64,000 nt of DNA from Armatimonadota bacterium (GTDB lineage Bacteria > Armatimonadota > Fimbriimonadia > Fimbriimonadales > Fimbriimonadaceae), in assembly GCA_018268395.1 (NCBI GenBank), contig JAFDWQ010000001.1, positions 221,720 through 285,719 of the forward strand. Reading direction: 5' to 3'. Positions 53,995 to 61,846 of the stretch are shown here, in pieces. The notes below the pieces were generated by a model that made no database searches, was not told the origin of the DNA, and worked only from the letters and a program-made list of their open reading frames with translations. The position numbers and the translations under genes are program-made. Numbering within the stretch: the first letter of the stretch is position 1; each line of letters begins with the position of its first letter.

Positions 53995-55259
53995 CAGGCC
54001 TCGAATCGGAACGCCACGGCTCCGAACTGCACGGAATCTCCGACGGAGAGGGCCGTCTCGCCTTGGAGGCGGCTCCCGTTCACGAACGTTCCGTTCGTGC
54101 TTCCGAGGTCCGTCAGCCGGACCGAGTCACCGGCCCGGTCGAACCGTGCGTGCTGGCGGGAGACGGAAGACTCGCCGATCAAGGAAAGGCCCAGGCCGTC
54201 GTCCCGACCGACGGTCGTCGCCCCTTCTTGCAGCAGGACCACGGATCCGTCCGGACGGACGAGTCGTGGATTGGCCGCCACCATCGTCGTCGTGGCCATC
54301 GGCGTGACAGCGGCCGTTGGAACGGCGGCGTCGAGCACGATCGGTTTGAGCGGTTGGGGCTGCTGGGGCACGGGCGGTGCGGGCGTCTGGTCTTGCGGAG
54401 GCTGCTCGCCGATGCCGAACTTCTTCAAGGCGTCGTCGACCTGCTTGGTGTTCTTCTTGTAGTAGGTGAAAACGGCGTAGCCGAGGCCGCCGACGACGGC
54501 CAGCCCGATCACCAGATTGAGCAACGAGACCAAGGGGTTCGGTGCGGACGCGGCTTCCCGTTCGACCGACCTGCGGTCGTCCCGTCTGCTGTCAGGCCCG
54601 CGGTCGTCCTTGACGTCCGAGGGCTGCGTCGCCGTGCTGGAACCGGGAGTCGGTGTTTCCGACATCGTCTCGACTTCGCCTGTCACGGTCAAGGTGTGAG
54701 GTTTGGCCGGGCCGTCTCCTAGTTTCGCCTCGAACGTTTGAGGCGGGGTCGTTTGGGTCGACCCTCCCGAGTTGTACTGGACCCGGACTTCGACGGGCCC
54801 GACCGGCAGGTTGTAAACGTTGACCGTTCCCTTGCTCTCTGGAGTCAGGAGCGCTTCCCGCTCTTCCTTTCCGGCTTTGGCTTTCACGACGGCCGCTGCG
54901 ACGGGCTTTCCGTTGGAAACGACGGAGAACTGAAGCCGGAACACGCGCTTTTCGTCAGCGGCCGCGACCTTCCAGCTTCCCGTCTTCATCGCGTCTGCCA
55001 GTGGCTTCGAGGCCACGTTGCCCGACTTCTTATCGTGGGCGTAGAGGGTATAGGCCGCAGGATCGGAGGGGGCGTCAAGAGTGATCGAGAGCCCGGTCGC
55101 CGCGACCGGGTCTTTGAACAGCCCCGGAGTGGCCGTCGGGCCGATCCAGACTTCACGGTCGCCCTCGGCAGCGAATTCGATTTTTACCGGCTTCGCTGTT
55201 TGCCCCCTAGCGTTCGCGCACAGGACGAGCGCCACGCAAAACCCCCAAACTGTTCTCAC
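53994..55259 (-). CDS. Single-pass membrane protein: signal peptide, extracytoplasmic beta-sandwich-like region, TM, P/Q linker, cytoplasmic FHA domain
   Basis: The GTG at 55259 forms a GTGA overlap with the nnr stop and gives VRTVWGFCVALVLCANARGQ (signal). TM LVSLLNLVIGLAVVGGLGYAVFTYY. FHA VGRDDGLGLSLIGESSVSRQHARF...LTDLGSTNGTFVNGSRL. Its stop overlaps the next ATG (TGATG). Confidence 0.75.
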   Translation of the reverse strand: MRTVWGFCVALVLCANARGQTAKPVKIEFAAEGDREVWIGPTATPGLFKDPVAATGLSITLDAPSDPAAYTLYAHDKKSGNVASKPLADAMKTGSWKVAAADEKRVFRLQFSVVSNGKPVAAAVVKAKAGKEEREALLTPESKGTVNVYNLPVGPVEVRVQYNSGGSTQTTPPQTFEAKLGDGPAKPHTLTVTGEVETMSETPTPGSSTATQPSDVKDDRGPDSRRDDRRSVEREAASAPNPLVSLLNLVIGLAVVGGLGYAVFTYYKKNTKQVDDALKKFGIGEQPPQDQTPAPPVPQQPQPLKPIVLDAAVPTAAVTPMATTTMVAANPRLVRPDGSVVLLQEGATTVGRDDGLGLSLIGESSVSRQHARFDRAGDSVRLTDLGSTNGTFVNGSRLQGETALSVGDSVQFGAVAFRFEA

Positions 55260-56776
55260 GTCGTTAGAATAGACCGCGCCCGAGGCAAGAATTGCGCGAT
55301 GTCGGAAGCAGAAAATCCGATCTTGCCGATTTCTTGAGCGCAGAGGTCTCCGGCCAAACCGTGCCACAGGGCCCCTTTCCAACCTGCCTCCGTCCAGAAT
55401 CCGGGGGGTAATTGGGCCAAGAGCGTCCCGATCACGCCGGCCAAGACGTCTCCCGTCCCGCCAGACGCCATCCCCGCGTTTCCTGTCGAGTTGACGGTCA
55501 GAGGCCCGCCGTGGGTGGCATAGACCGAGTAGGCGCCCTTCAGCAGAACAGGGCGTCGCAGCGTTTCGCAGAGACGGCGGACGGCGCCGAACCGGTCGGA
55601 CTGGACGGTCGCAGCCGTTGCCGGTTCACCGAGTAAGCGACCGGCTTCTCCTGGGTGAGGGGTCAGGATGCAAAAGGCGACAGGTGGTTCGATGGCGCGC
55701 GCCAACCAGTTCAGCGCGTCCGCGTCGAGGACGGAACGGACCTCCCATCGGCTCCAGAGCGCCCTCAAGAAGCGGCCCGCTCCAGGCGATAGACCGAGCC
55801 CTGGCCCGATGACCGCGGATTCCCAAGCTTTCTGAGCCTCGATCAAGATCGGTGCCGCTTTCTCGCTGATCGCTCCTTCGTCTTCTGGAAGCGGCAGGAA
55901 GACCGCCTCCGGGACATGCGAGGCCACCGCCGCGATGACGGGTTCGATGGCCGCCACCGTCACCAGGCCTGCGCCCGCTTTCAAGGCGCCCTGGGCGGCC
56001 AGCGTCGCCGCACCACGGTAACGCGCCGACCCGGCGATGACGACGACGTGCCCGTTCGCACCCTTGTGACTGTCCGTCGTCCGGACCGGCAGGACCGTCG
56101 TGGTCGGGGCGAGCCGCACCCCTGTCGGTCTTTCGAGCAGTCCTTGGGGAAAGCCGATGTCGGCGACGCTCCACTTGCCGGAGAATCCGGGACCAGACCG
56201 CAAGAACAGGTACGGCTTGGGAAGCCCTAGAGTCACGGTCTCATGGGCCATGACGGCCATCCCCAACACCTCGCCTGAGTCCGTTTCGATCCCAGAGGGT
56301 ACGTCGACCGCGATCCGATGACACTGCATTGCGTTGATCGCTTCGATGGCAGCGGCGACCGTCCCCGAGACTTCACGCGTGGCGCCCGTTCCCAGCACCG
56401 CGTCGACGACCACGGGCCAATGCCCCCTTTTCAGAGCCCCGCGCGCCGATGGGTCGCTTAAGTCGGACACCTTGCATCCGGCGGCCCTGCACCTTTGCTC
56501 CTGTTCCAAAGGCAGCCCTTTCAGGTCGAGCGTCGTGGCGAACACCGAGACGTCGAAGCCCGCTTCGTGCGCCAGACGGGCGACGACATAGCCGTCGCCT
56601 CCGTTGTTCCCGGGCCCACAGACGACGGCGACCGGGGACGGCCCGGGCGCCGCCCGGCGGACGGCGTCGAACACCGCACGACCGGCGTTCTCCATGAGCG
56701 TCTCGGCGGCGATCCCGTGCTCGGAGGAGGCTAAAGCCTCGGTTTCACGCATCTCGGCCGCGGTCGCGATCCACAT
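55256..56776 (-). CDS. nnr: Bifunctional NAD(P)H-hydrate repair enzyme (epimerase YjeF_N plus ADP-dependent dehydratase)
   Basis: From the ATG at 56776: MWIATAAEMRETE..., VVCGPGNNGGDGYVVARL, HKGANGHVVVIAGS, GGTGDVLAG. The upstream 145 codons of the track ORF overlap the ASCH gene in another frame. Confidence 0.85.
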   Translation of the reverse strand: MWIATAAEMRETEALASSEHGIAAETLMENAGRAVFDAVRRAAPGPSPVAVVCGPGNNGGDGYVVARLAHEAGFDVSVFATTLDLKGLPLEQEQRCRAAGCKVSDLSDPSARGALKRGHWPVVVDAVLGTGATREVSGTVAAAIEAINAMQCHRIAVDVPSGIETDSGEVLGMAVMAHETVTLGLPKPYLFLRSGPGFSGKWSVADIGFPQGLLERPTGVRLAPTTTVLPVRTTDSHKGANGHVVVIAGSARYRGAATLAAQGALKAGAGLVTVAAIEPVIAAVASHVPEAVFLPLPEDEGAISEKAAPILIEAQKAWESAVIGPGLGLSPGAGRFLRALWSRWEVRSVLDADALNWLARAIEPPVAFCILTPHPGEAGRLLGEPATAATVQSDRFGAVRRLCETLRRPVLLKGAYSVYATHGGPLTVNSTGNAGMASGGTGDVLAGVIGTLLAQLPPGFWTEAGWKGALWHGLAGDLCAQEIGKIGFSASDIAQFLPRARSILTT

Positions 56777-56820
56777 TTCAGCGACACCTGCCGAAAATTC
56801 GGTGCAGAAAACCGTCGCGC

Positions 56821-57168
56821 TTATTCGTCCACACGAGAGAAGTGGATGACGGTGACCAGGTTGGCAGGAGTGACAAAATCGTCGTACAGTCGGGCCAATA
56901 AGGCGATCACATCGTCCTGGGTCCGCATCTCCGGGTTTTCCCGTTCGATGTCCCGGGGCGATAGGTCTACGATCGGCTTGACTTCGACGCGGTCTACAAT
57001 GGCGGCGTACAGCTTCTGCCGGCGCCCGAAACGGGGGCCGACGGTGACCCATACGATCATGCCCGCGCGGTACTTGTCCGACTTGTCGCCTAGCCTTATG
57101 GTCGCCGTTTTCCTGTTCTTGGCCAGCAGGTCTTCGTAGAGTTCGGAGTAAAAATTGAGGGCGTACAT
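56821..57168 (-). CDS. ASCH (PUA-like) domain protein
   Basis: 115 aa. KNRKTATIRLGDKSDKYRAGMIVWV fits the ASCH beta-barrel pattern. The assignment is by eye only. Confidence 0.55.
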   Translation of the reverse strand: MYALNFYSELYEDLLAKNRKTATIRLGDKSDKYRAGMIVWVTVGPRFGRRQKLYAAIVDRVEVKPIVDLSPRDIERENPEMRTQDDVIALLARLYDDFVTPANLVTVIHFSRVDE

Positions 57169-57210
57169 CGGCGGCGGGCAAAAAGTTTATCCGATATCGG
57201 TGGCGGTTCA

Positions 57211-58095
57211 ATGTTGATCTTGGTTCTTCTGTGCGTCGCAGGGGGCATCGTGCTCACCTATTTCCTGCTTTTGGCGGTCGTCGCCTGGGTCAGTGTCCGG
57301 CCCCCGCGCATGCCGCAGTCGTCGACTCCGGCCCAAATGGGGATGCCGCAGGAGACCGTCTCGATCCTGACCAATGACGGACAGACCCTTCGGGCGTGGT
57401 GGGTGACGGGCTCGGGAGACACGACCGTCGTGTTCGTCCACGGCTATTTTACGAACCGCTGTGAGTTCGTCCCGTTCGTGTCCCAGTTCCGGGCCCGCGG
57501 AGCGTCCTGTCTCTTCTTCGACCTTCGTGCCCACGGCACGAGCAGCGGCAAGCGTTGCACGTTCGGCGTCGAGGAGGCCCTGGACGTCGCCGCCGCCGTC
57601 CGATGGGTCAAAGAACAGCGACCTGACGACCGGATCGTGCTGATCGGCAACAGCATGGGCGGGGTCGCCTGTGCCCGGCAGGCTGCGATCGAACCCGGGT
57701 CCGTGGACGCCCTGGTCTTGGACAGCGCCTACGCCAAAGTCAACGAGGCCGCCCGCGGTTGGTGGTCGTTCTTCCTGCGCGGCAAGTTCAAGACGTTGCT
57801 CCGGCCGACCGGACTGTTCGGACGCATCTTCGTACGTGTGAACCTGGAGGACGCCAATCTCGAAGAGTCGCTGGTCAAGATCAGCGGAGCTCCCGTCCTC
57901 TTCATCTACGGGAGGATCGACCCGCTGATCCCGGCCGCTTCGGCGGCGCGTTGCATCGAAGCGGCCGGCCCGCGCGCCGAGGCGGTCTGGTTCGAAGATA
58001 CGAACCATGCCAGGGCGCGGTTTAAAGAGCCGAAGAGGTATGTCGAGGAGATCTTCGGTTTCATGGAACGCCACGACCTGATGCCCAGGGCCTAG
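57211..58095 (+). CDS. Membrane-anchored alpha/beta hydrolase
   Basis: N-terminal TM, VVFVHGYFTNRCE, nucleophile elbow GNSMGG, C-terminal FEDTNHA (His). Confidence 0.75.
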   Translation: MLILVLLCVAGGIVLTYFLLLAVVAWVSVRPPRMPQSSTPAQMGMPQETVSILTNDGQTLRAWWVTGSGDTTVVFVHGYFTNRCEFVPFVSQFRARGASCLFFDLRAHGTSSGKRCTFGVEEALDVAAAVRWVKEQRPDDRIVLIGNSMGGVACARQAAIEPGSVDALVLDSAYAKVNEAARGWWSFFLRGKFKTLLRPTGLFGRIFVRVNLEDANLEESLVKISGAPVLFIYGRIDPLIPAASAARCIEAAGPRAEAVWFEDTNHARARFKEPKRYVEEIFGFMERHDLMPRA

Positions 58096-58138
58096 GCAAG
58101 GGGAACCTGGTGACGACCGTGAGTGTCATCTCCAGCAC

Positions 58139-59035
58139 ATGAGCGCCGTGTGGACCGTCGTCGGCGTCCTCCTGTCCCTCCCCTTCCTCTACCTCCTCTT
58201 GTTGCTCGGGCTGAGCTATTTGAGCGTCCGGCCCCCGAGGGTCCCGTTGTACATGTTCCCTTCGCAGTTCGGGGAACCGCAGGAGTGGGTCGAATTCGAC
58301 TCCCAAGACGGCTTACGGATCCGTGGCTGGTGGTCGGCTTCGGACGGGGACGTGGTCGCGGTCTTCGTCCACGGCTACGCGGCGAACCGCTGCGAGCTCG
58401 TACCTTACGGCCTCCGGCTCCGACAAATGGGGGTTTCGGCGCTCTACGTGGACCTGAGGTGCCACGGAGCGAGCGACCGGGCCAAGTGCACGTTCGGGAT
58501 CGACGAGGCGATGGACGTCCGCGCCGCCGTGGCGTTCGCCCGTTCCAAGAACCCGAAGGCTAAGATCGTCGTGTTCGGGAGCAGCATGGGCGCGGCCGCA
58601 TCGGCCCGGGCATGGGCGGACGATCCCGGACTCGCCGATGCGATGATCTTCGACGGCCCGTATGCCCGCTTGGACGAGGCCGCGCGCGGCTTCTGGCACG
58701 TCACGGGCGTGGCCCAGATCGCCCGGTTCCTGGGTCCGATCGCGGTCGTCGGAAGGGTGTGGGCCGGGATCGACCCGAAAAAGGTGGACATGGAACCCGT
58801 GTTCGCCCGGCTCTGCGGGCGTCCGGTCCTGTTCCTCTACGGCACCCGCGACTGGGTCGTACCGATGGAATCCGCCTCCCGCTGCGTCTCTGCGGCCGAG
58901 GCCCAGACCCAGGTCGTGTACTTCGAGGGCCAGGGTCACGGACAAGCGCGGTATCACGAACCGGCTAAGTACTTCGACTCGATCGTGGCGTTTTTAGAAG
59001 GTCAAGGTCTGGTCGATCCGGTCCAAGAGGCCTAA
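58139..59035 (+). CDS. Membrane-anchored alpha/beta hydrolase (paralogue of the preceding gene)
   Basis: N-terminal TM, VAVFVHGYAANRCE, nucleophile elbow GSSMGA, FEGQGHG. Collinear similarity to 57211-58095. Confidence 0.75.
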   Translation: MSAVWTVVGVLLSLPFLYLLLLLGLSYLSVRPPRVPLYMFPSQFGEPQEWVEFDSQDGLRIRGWWSASDGDVVAVFVHGYAANRCELVPYGLRLRQMGVSALYVDLRCHGASDRAKCTFGIDEAMDVRAAVAFARSKNPKAKIVVFGSSMGAAASARAWADDPGLADAMIFDGPYARLDEAARGFWHVTGVAQIARFLGPIAVVGRVWAGIDPKKVDMEPVFARLCGRPVLFLYGTRDWVVPMESASRCVSAAEAQTQVVYFEGQGHGQARYHEPAKYFDSIVAFLEGQGLVDPVQEA

Positions 59036-59154
59036 ACGACAGGATCAAATCCGGCGCGAGACCCGTCATACAGGGTGGTACCATTCGGTCCGACTCCGGA
59101 ACAGCGCCGTTCCGGGCCGGCGAGGACGCTCTCGCTGACCGGTACCGGAACCTC

Positions 59155-59667
59155 ATGACTGCTTCCTTGGGACACTGGGTGATCCCGCAACTCGAAAGGC
59201 TCGCGAAGAGCGACGCTGGGCGCATCGACGAACTCCTCGACGTGGTCCGTGCCTATCGGCCCGACCTGTTCGACGAGCTCACGTTGCTCGCCGTGGAACA
59301 CGGCCAACTGACTCACGAAGAAGCCGCCGAAGTCTTGGGATCGGACACCGTCGTCGTGGCGATCCGTCTCCAGACCTTGCGCGAAGCGTTCGACGAGGCC
59401 GTTCAAGGTCAGACGATCGTCAAGGACAAGAACGGCGTCGCCAAGATCGACGGTAAGCCCGTCTCCGTCTGGGAGGTCGTGCGCGAATACCGCCGCTCCG
59501 GGTCCGTCGACGCGATGAAAGGCGCGTTCGGCAGCTTGACCGAATGCGAGATCCGTGCCGCCCTTCTCTATGCCGGCCGCAACCCGGACGAGATCGGGGC
59601 GCAGATCGGAGCCTATGACGAGGTCGTCGAGCGCAGTAAGGCCGCTTACCCCTTCGCGAAAGGCTGA
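59155..59667 (+). CDS. DUF433-like domain protein with an N-terminal helical extension
   Basis: DGKPVSVWEVVREYRRSGSVDAMKGAFGSLTECEIRAALLYAGRNPDEI resembles the DUF433 pattern (..G.R..v..i.......s.eei...yp.Lt.e.i.aAL.Ya). Confidence 0.55.
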   Translation: MTASLGHWVIPQLERLAKSDAGRIDELLDVVRAYRPDLFDELTLLAVEHGQLTHEEAAEVLGSDTVVVAIRLQTLREAFDEAVQGQTIVKDKNGVAKIDGKPVSVWEVVREYRRSGSVDAMKGAFGSLTECEIRAALLYAGRNPDEIGAQIGAYDEVVERSKAAYPFAKG

Positions 59668-59679
59668 TAGAATCGGCGT

Positions 59680-60567
59680 GTGCCGGTCCTGCTGACGTCG
59701 TCCGTCGGTTCCCTCCCGCTCGTCCACCGAGGCAAAGTGAGGGACACTTATGACCTCGGCGACAGCTACTTGATCGTGGCGAGCGACCGGATCTCCGCCT
59801 TTGACGTCGTCATGGCGAACGGCGTGCCCGAAAAAGGCCGGATCCTCACGCAGATGTCGGATTACTGGTTCAGATCGTTGTCCGACGTCTGCCCTCACCA
59901 TCTTCTAGAGACCGACGACGAGGCCATCGCCCGTCGCGTGCCGGGCTGGGACGGATCGTTGGCCGGTCGCTCTGTCGTCGTGAGGAAGGCCCGACCGCTC
60001 TCGATCGAATGCGTCGCGCGGGGATATCTCATGGGCTCGCTCTACAAAGAGTACGTCCGTCAAGGCGGGACCGTGCACGGACTCCGGCTACCCGACGGCC
60101 TCCAGGAAGGATCCCGGCTCCCAGAGCCCATTTTTACGCCCGCGACGAAGGCACAGGAAGGGCATGACGAAAACATCTCGTTCGACGAAGCCGTGTCAAG
60201 GGAGGCGCCCGGAGTCGCCGAGCAAGCCCGGTCGTGGACGATGGAGCTCTACCGTAGGGCGGCAGACCGGGCGGCGTCGGTCGGCCTCATCCTCGCCGAC
60301 ACGAAGTTCGAGTTTGGAACGACCGACGAAGGGCTGATCTGGATCGACGAGGCGCTGACGCCCGACTCGTCGCGCTATTGGGAAGCCTCGCTATGGAAAC
60401 CCGGCGGGGCGCAACCCAGCTTCGACAAGCAGTTCGTTCGCGACTACCTCGAATCGATCGGTTGGGACAAGCGGCCGCCAGGCCCGACGTTGCCGGACGA
60501 CGTGGTCTCCAAAACGAGGGACAAGTACTTGGAGGCGTACCGGCGCGTGACCGGGCGCGACCTCTGA
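59680..60567 (+). CDS. purC: Phosphoribosylaminoimidazole-succinocarboxamide synthase
   Basis: GKVRDTYDLGD..LIVASDRISAFD, ILADTKFEFG, DEALTPDSSRYW. GTG start. Confidence 0.9.
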   Translation: MPVLLTSSVGSLPLVHRGKVRDTYDLGDSYLIVASDRISAFDVVMANGVPEKGRILTQMSDYWFRSLSDVCPHHLLETDDEAIARRVPGWDGSLAGRSVVVRKARPLSIECVARGYLMGSLYKEYVRQGGTVHGLRLPDGLQEGSRLPEPIFTPATKAQEGHDENISFDEAVSREAPGVAEQARSWTMELYRRAADRAASVGLILADTKFEFGTTDEGLIWIDEALTPDSSRYWEASLWKPGGAQPSFDKQFVRDYLESIGWDKRPPGPTLPDDVVSKTRDKYLEAYRRVTGRDL

Positions 60568-60571
60568 GCCC

Positions 60572-61846
60572 ATGGTCATTTGGATCTACAACATCTTGCT
60601 CACCCTCGGCTCCCTGGTGTGGGTGCCTTGGATGCTGTGGCGGGCCCGTCGTCGAAAGGAGGGCGTCGACTGGAGACAGCGGAGCGGCGAGTACCCCTTC
60701 AAGCTGGAAAAGGGCCGTCCGCGGGTCTGGATCCATGCTGTCTCCGTGGGTGAGGTCATGGCGGCCTTGCCGGTCTTGCGCGAAGTGCGCCAGGTCGGCC
60801 CCGACGTCGAGATCGTTCTCAGCGTGACGACGAGTAGCGGCCACCGGACCGCGACCGGGTTTCCCGACGCGTATGACCGTCTCGTGTACTTCCCGATCGA
60901 TGTCTACCGGTTCGTCTTGGCAGCCCTCGTCCGTGTCCGCCCGACCGTCGTCGCGGTCATGGAGACCGAGCTCTGGATGAACTTCCTGGACGCTTCCCAG
61001 AACCTTGGCGCGACGACGATTCTGATCAACGGTCGGATCAGCGACCGGAGTTTTCCTCGGGCACGGACGTTCCGTTTCTTCTACCGCGACCTGCTCCGCC
61101 GGGTCGACCGGTGCCTCATGCAGACCACTGTCGACGCCGAAAGGATCACGGCCCTCGGTGCAAGAAGCGTCGAAGTTTTCGGCAACTGTAAGTACGACCA
61201 AGCCCTCGAGGGCCTCGACGCCCAGCCGGGGGTCTGGCGGGGCGAACTGGGGCTCGATCCTGAGAGACCGACTTTGGTGGTCGGATCGACGAGGAGCGAA
61301 CGGGAGGAGGCGTTGGTCGTCGAAGCGCTCGGGACCATGAAGACCGAAGGGCTTCAAGTCGTGTGGGCCCCCAGGCACTTGGAACGAACGGACGCGATCG
61401 TCGCCGCATTGGCCGGGTTACCGGGCGGCGCCGTCCGGCGCTCTCAGTCGAGGAGTCTGGCGGGCTCAGGGTCTCGAGTGATGGTCTTGGACACGTACGG
61501 CGAACTCGCGCAGGTGTACTGTGTGGCCGACGCCGTCGTCATCGGTGGCGGTTTCGACGACCTAGGAGGCCAGAACATCCTTCAGCCGCTCGCCCACGGT
61601 AAGCCCGTCGTCCATGGCCCCCATATGCAGAACTTCCGCGACGTCGCAACAGCGGCGACCGCAAGGGGCTGTAGCCTCACGGTCTCGGACGCCGCGTCAC
61701 TGGCCGCCACGCTGGACGGCTTGTTCGCCGATCCGGAAGGTCGCGCCCGGATGGGCGCGGCCGCCCGCGAGCTCGTCGCCGAAAACCTGGGCGCGTCCCG
61801 TCGTTACGCCGAAGCGGTCGTCGCCGCCGCCAAGAAGACGGACTAG
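60572..61846 (+). CDS. waaA: 3-deoxy-D-manno-octulosonic acid (Kdo) transferase
   Basis: VWIHAVSVGEVMAALPVLREV and GGSF-type C-terminal block VIGGGFDDLGGQNILQPLAHGKPVVHGPHMQNF. Confidence 0.85.
   Translation: MVIWIYNILLTLGSLVWVPWMLWRARRRKEGVDWRQRSGEYPFKLEKGRPRVWIHAVSVGEVMAALPVLREVRQVGPDVEIVLSVTTSSGHRTATGFPDAYDRLVYFPIDVYRFVLAALVRVRPTVVAVMETELWMNFLDASQNLGATTILINGRISDRSFPRARTFRFFYRDLLRRVDRCLMQTTVDAERITALGARSVEVFGNCKYDQALEGLDAQPGVWRGELGLDPERPTLVVGSTRSEREEALVVEALGTMKTEGLQVVWAPRHLERTDAIVAALAGLPGGAVRRSQSRSLAGSGSRVMVLDTYGELAQVYCVADAVVIGGGFDDLGGQNILQPLAHGKPVVHGPHMQNFRDVATAATARGCSLTVSDAASLAATLDGLFADPEGRARMGAAARELVAENLGASRRYAEAVVAAAKKTD

Noticed and set aside
56777-57211. 145-codon upstream extension of the nnr ORF (track ORF 55256-57211).
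   Set aside because: It overlaps, in another frame, the 115-aa ASCH-like gene (56821-57168). It is R/P/H-rich, and the NnrE domain begins right at the internal ATG at 56776.
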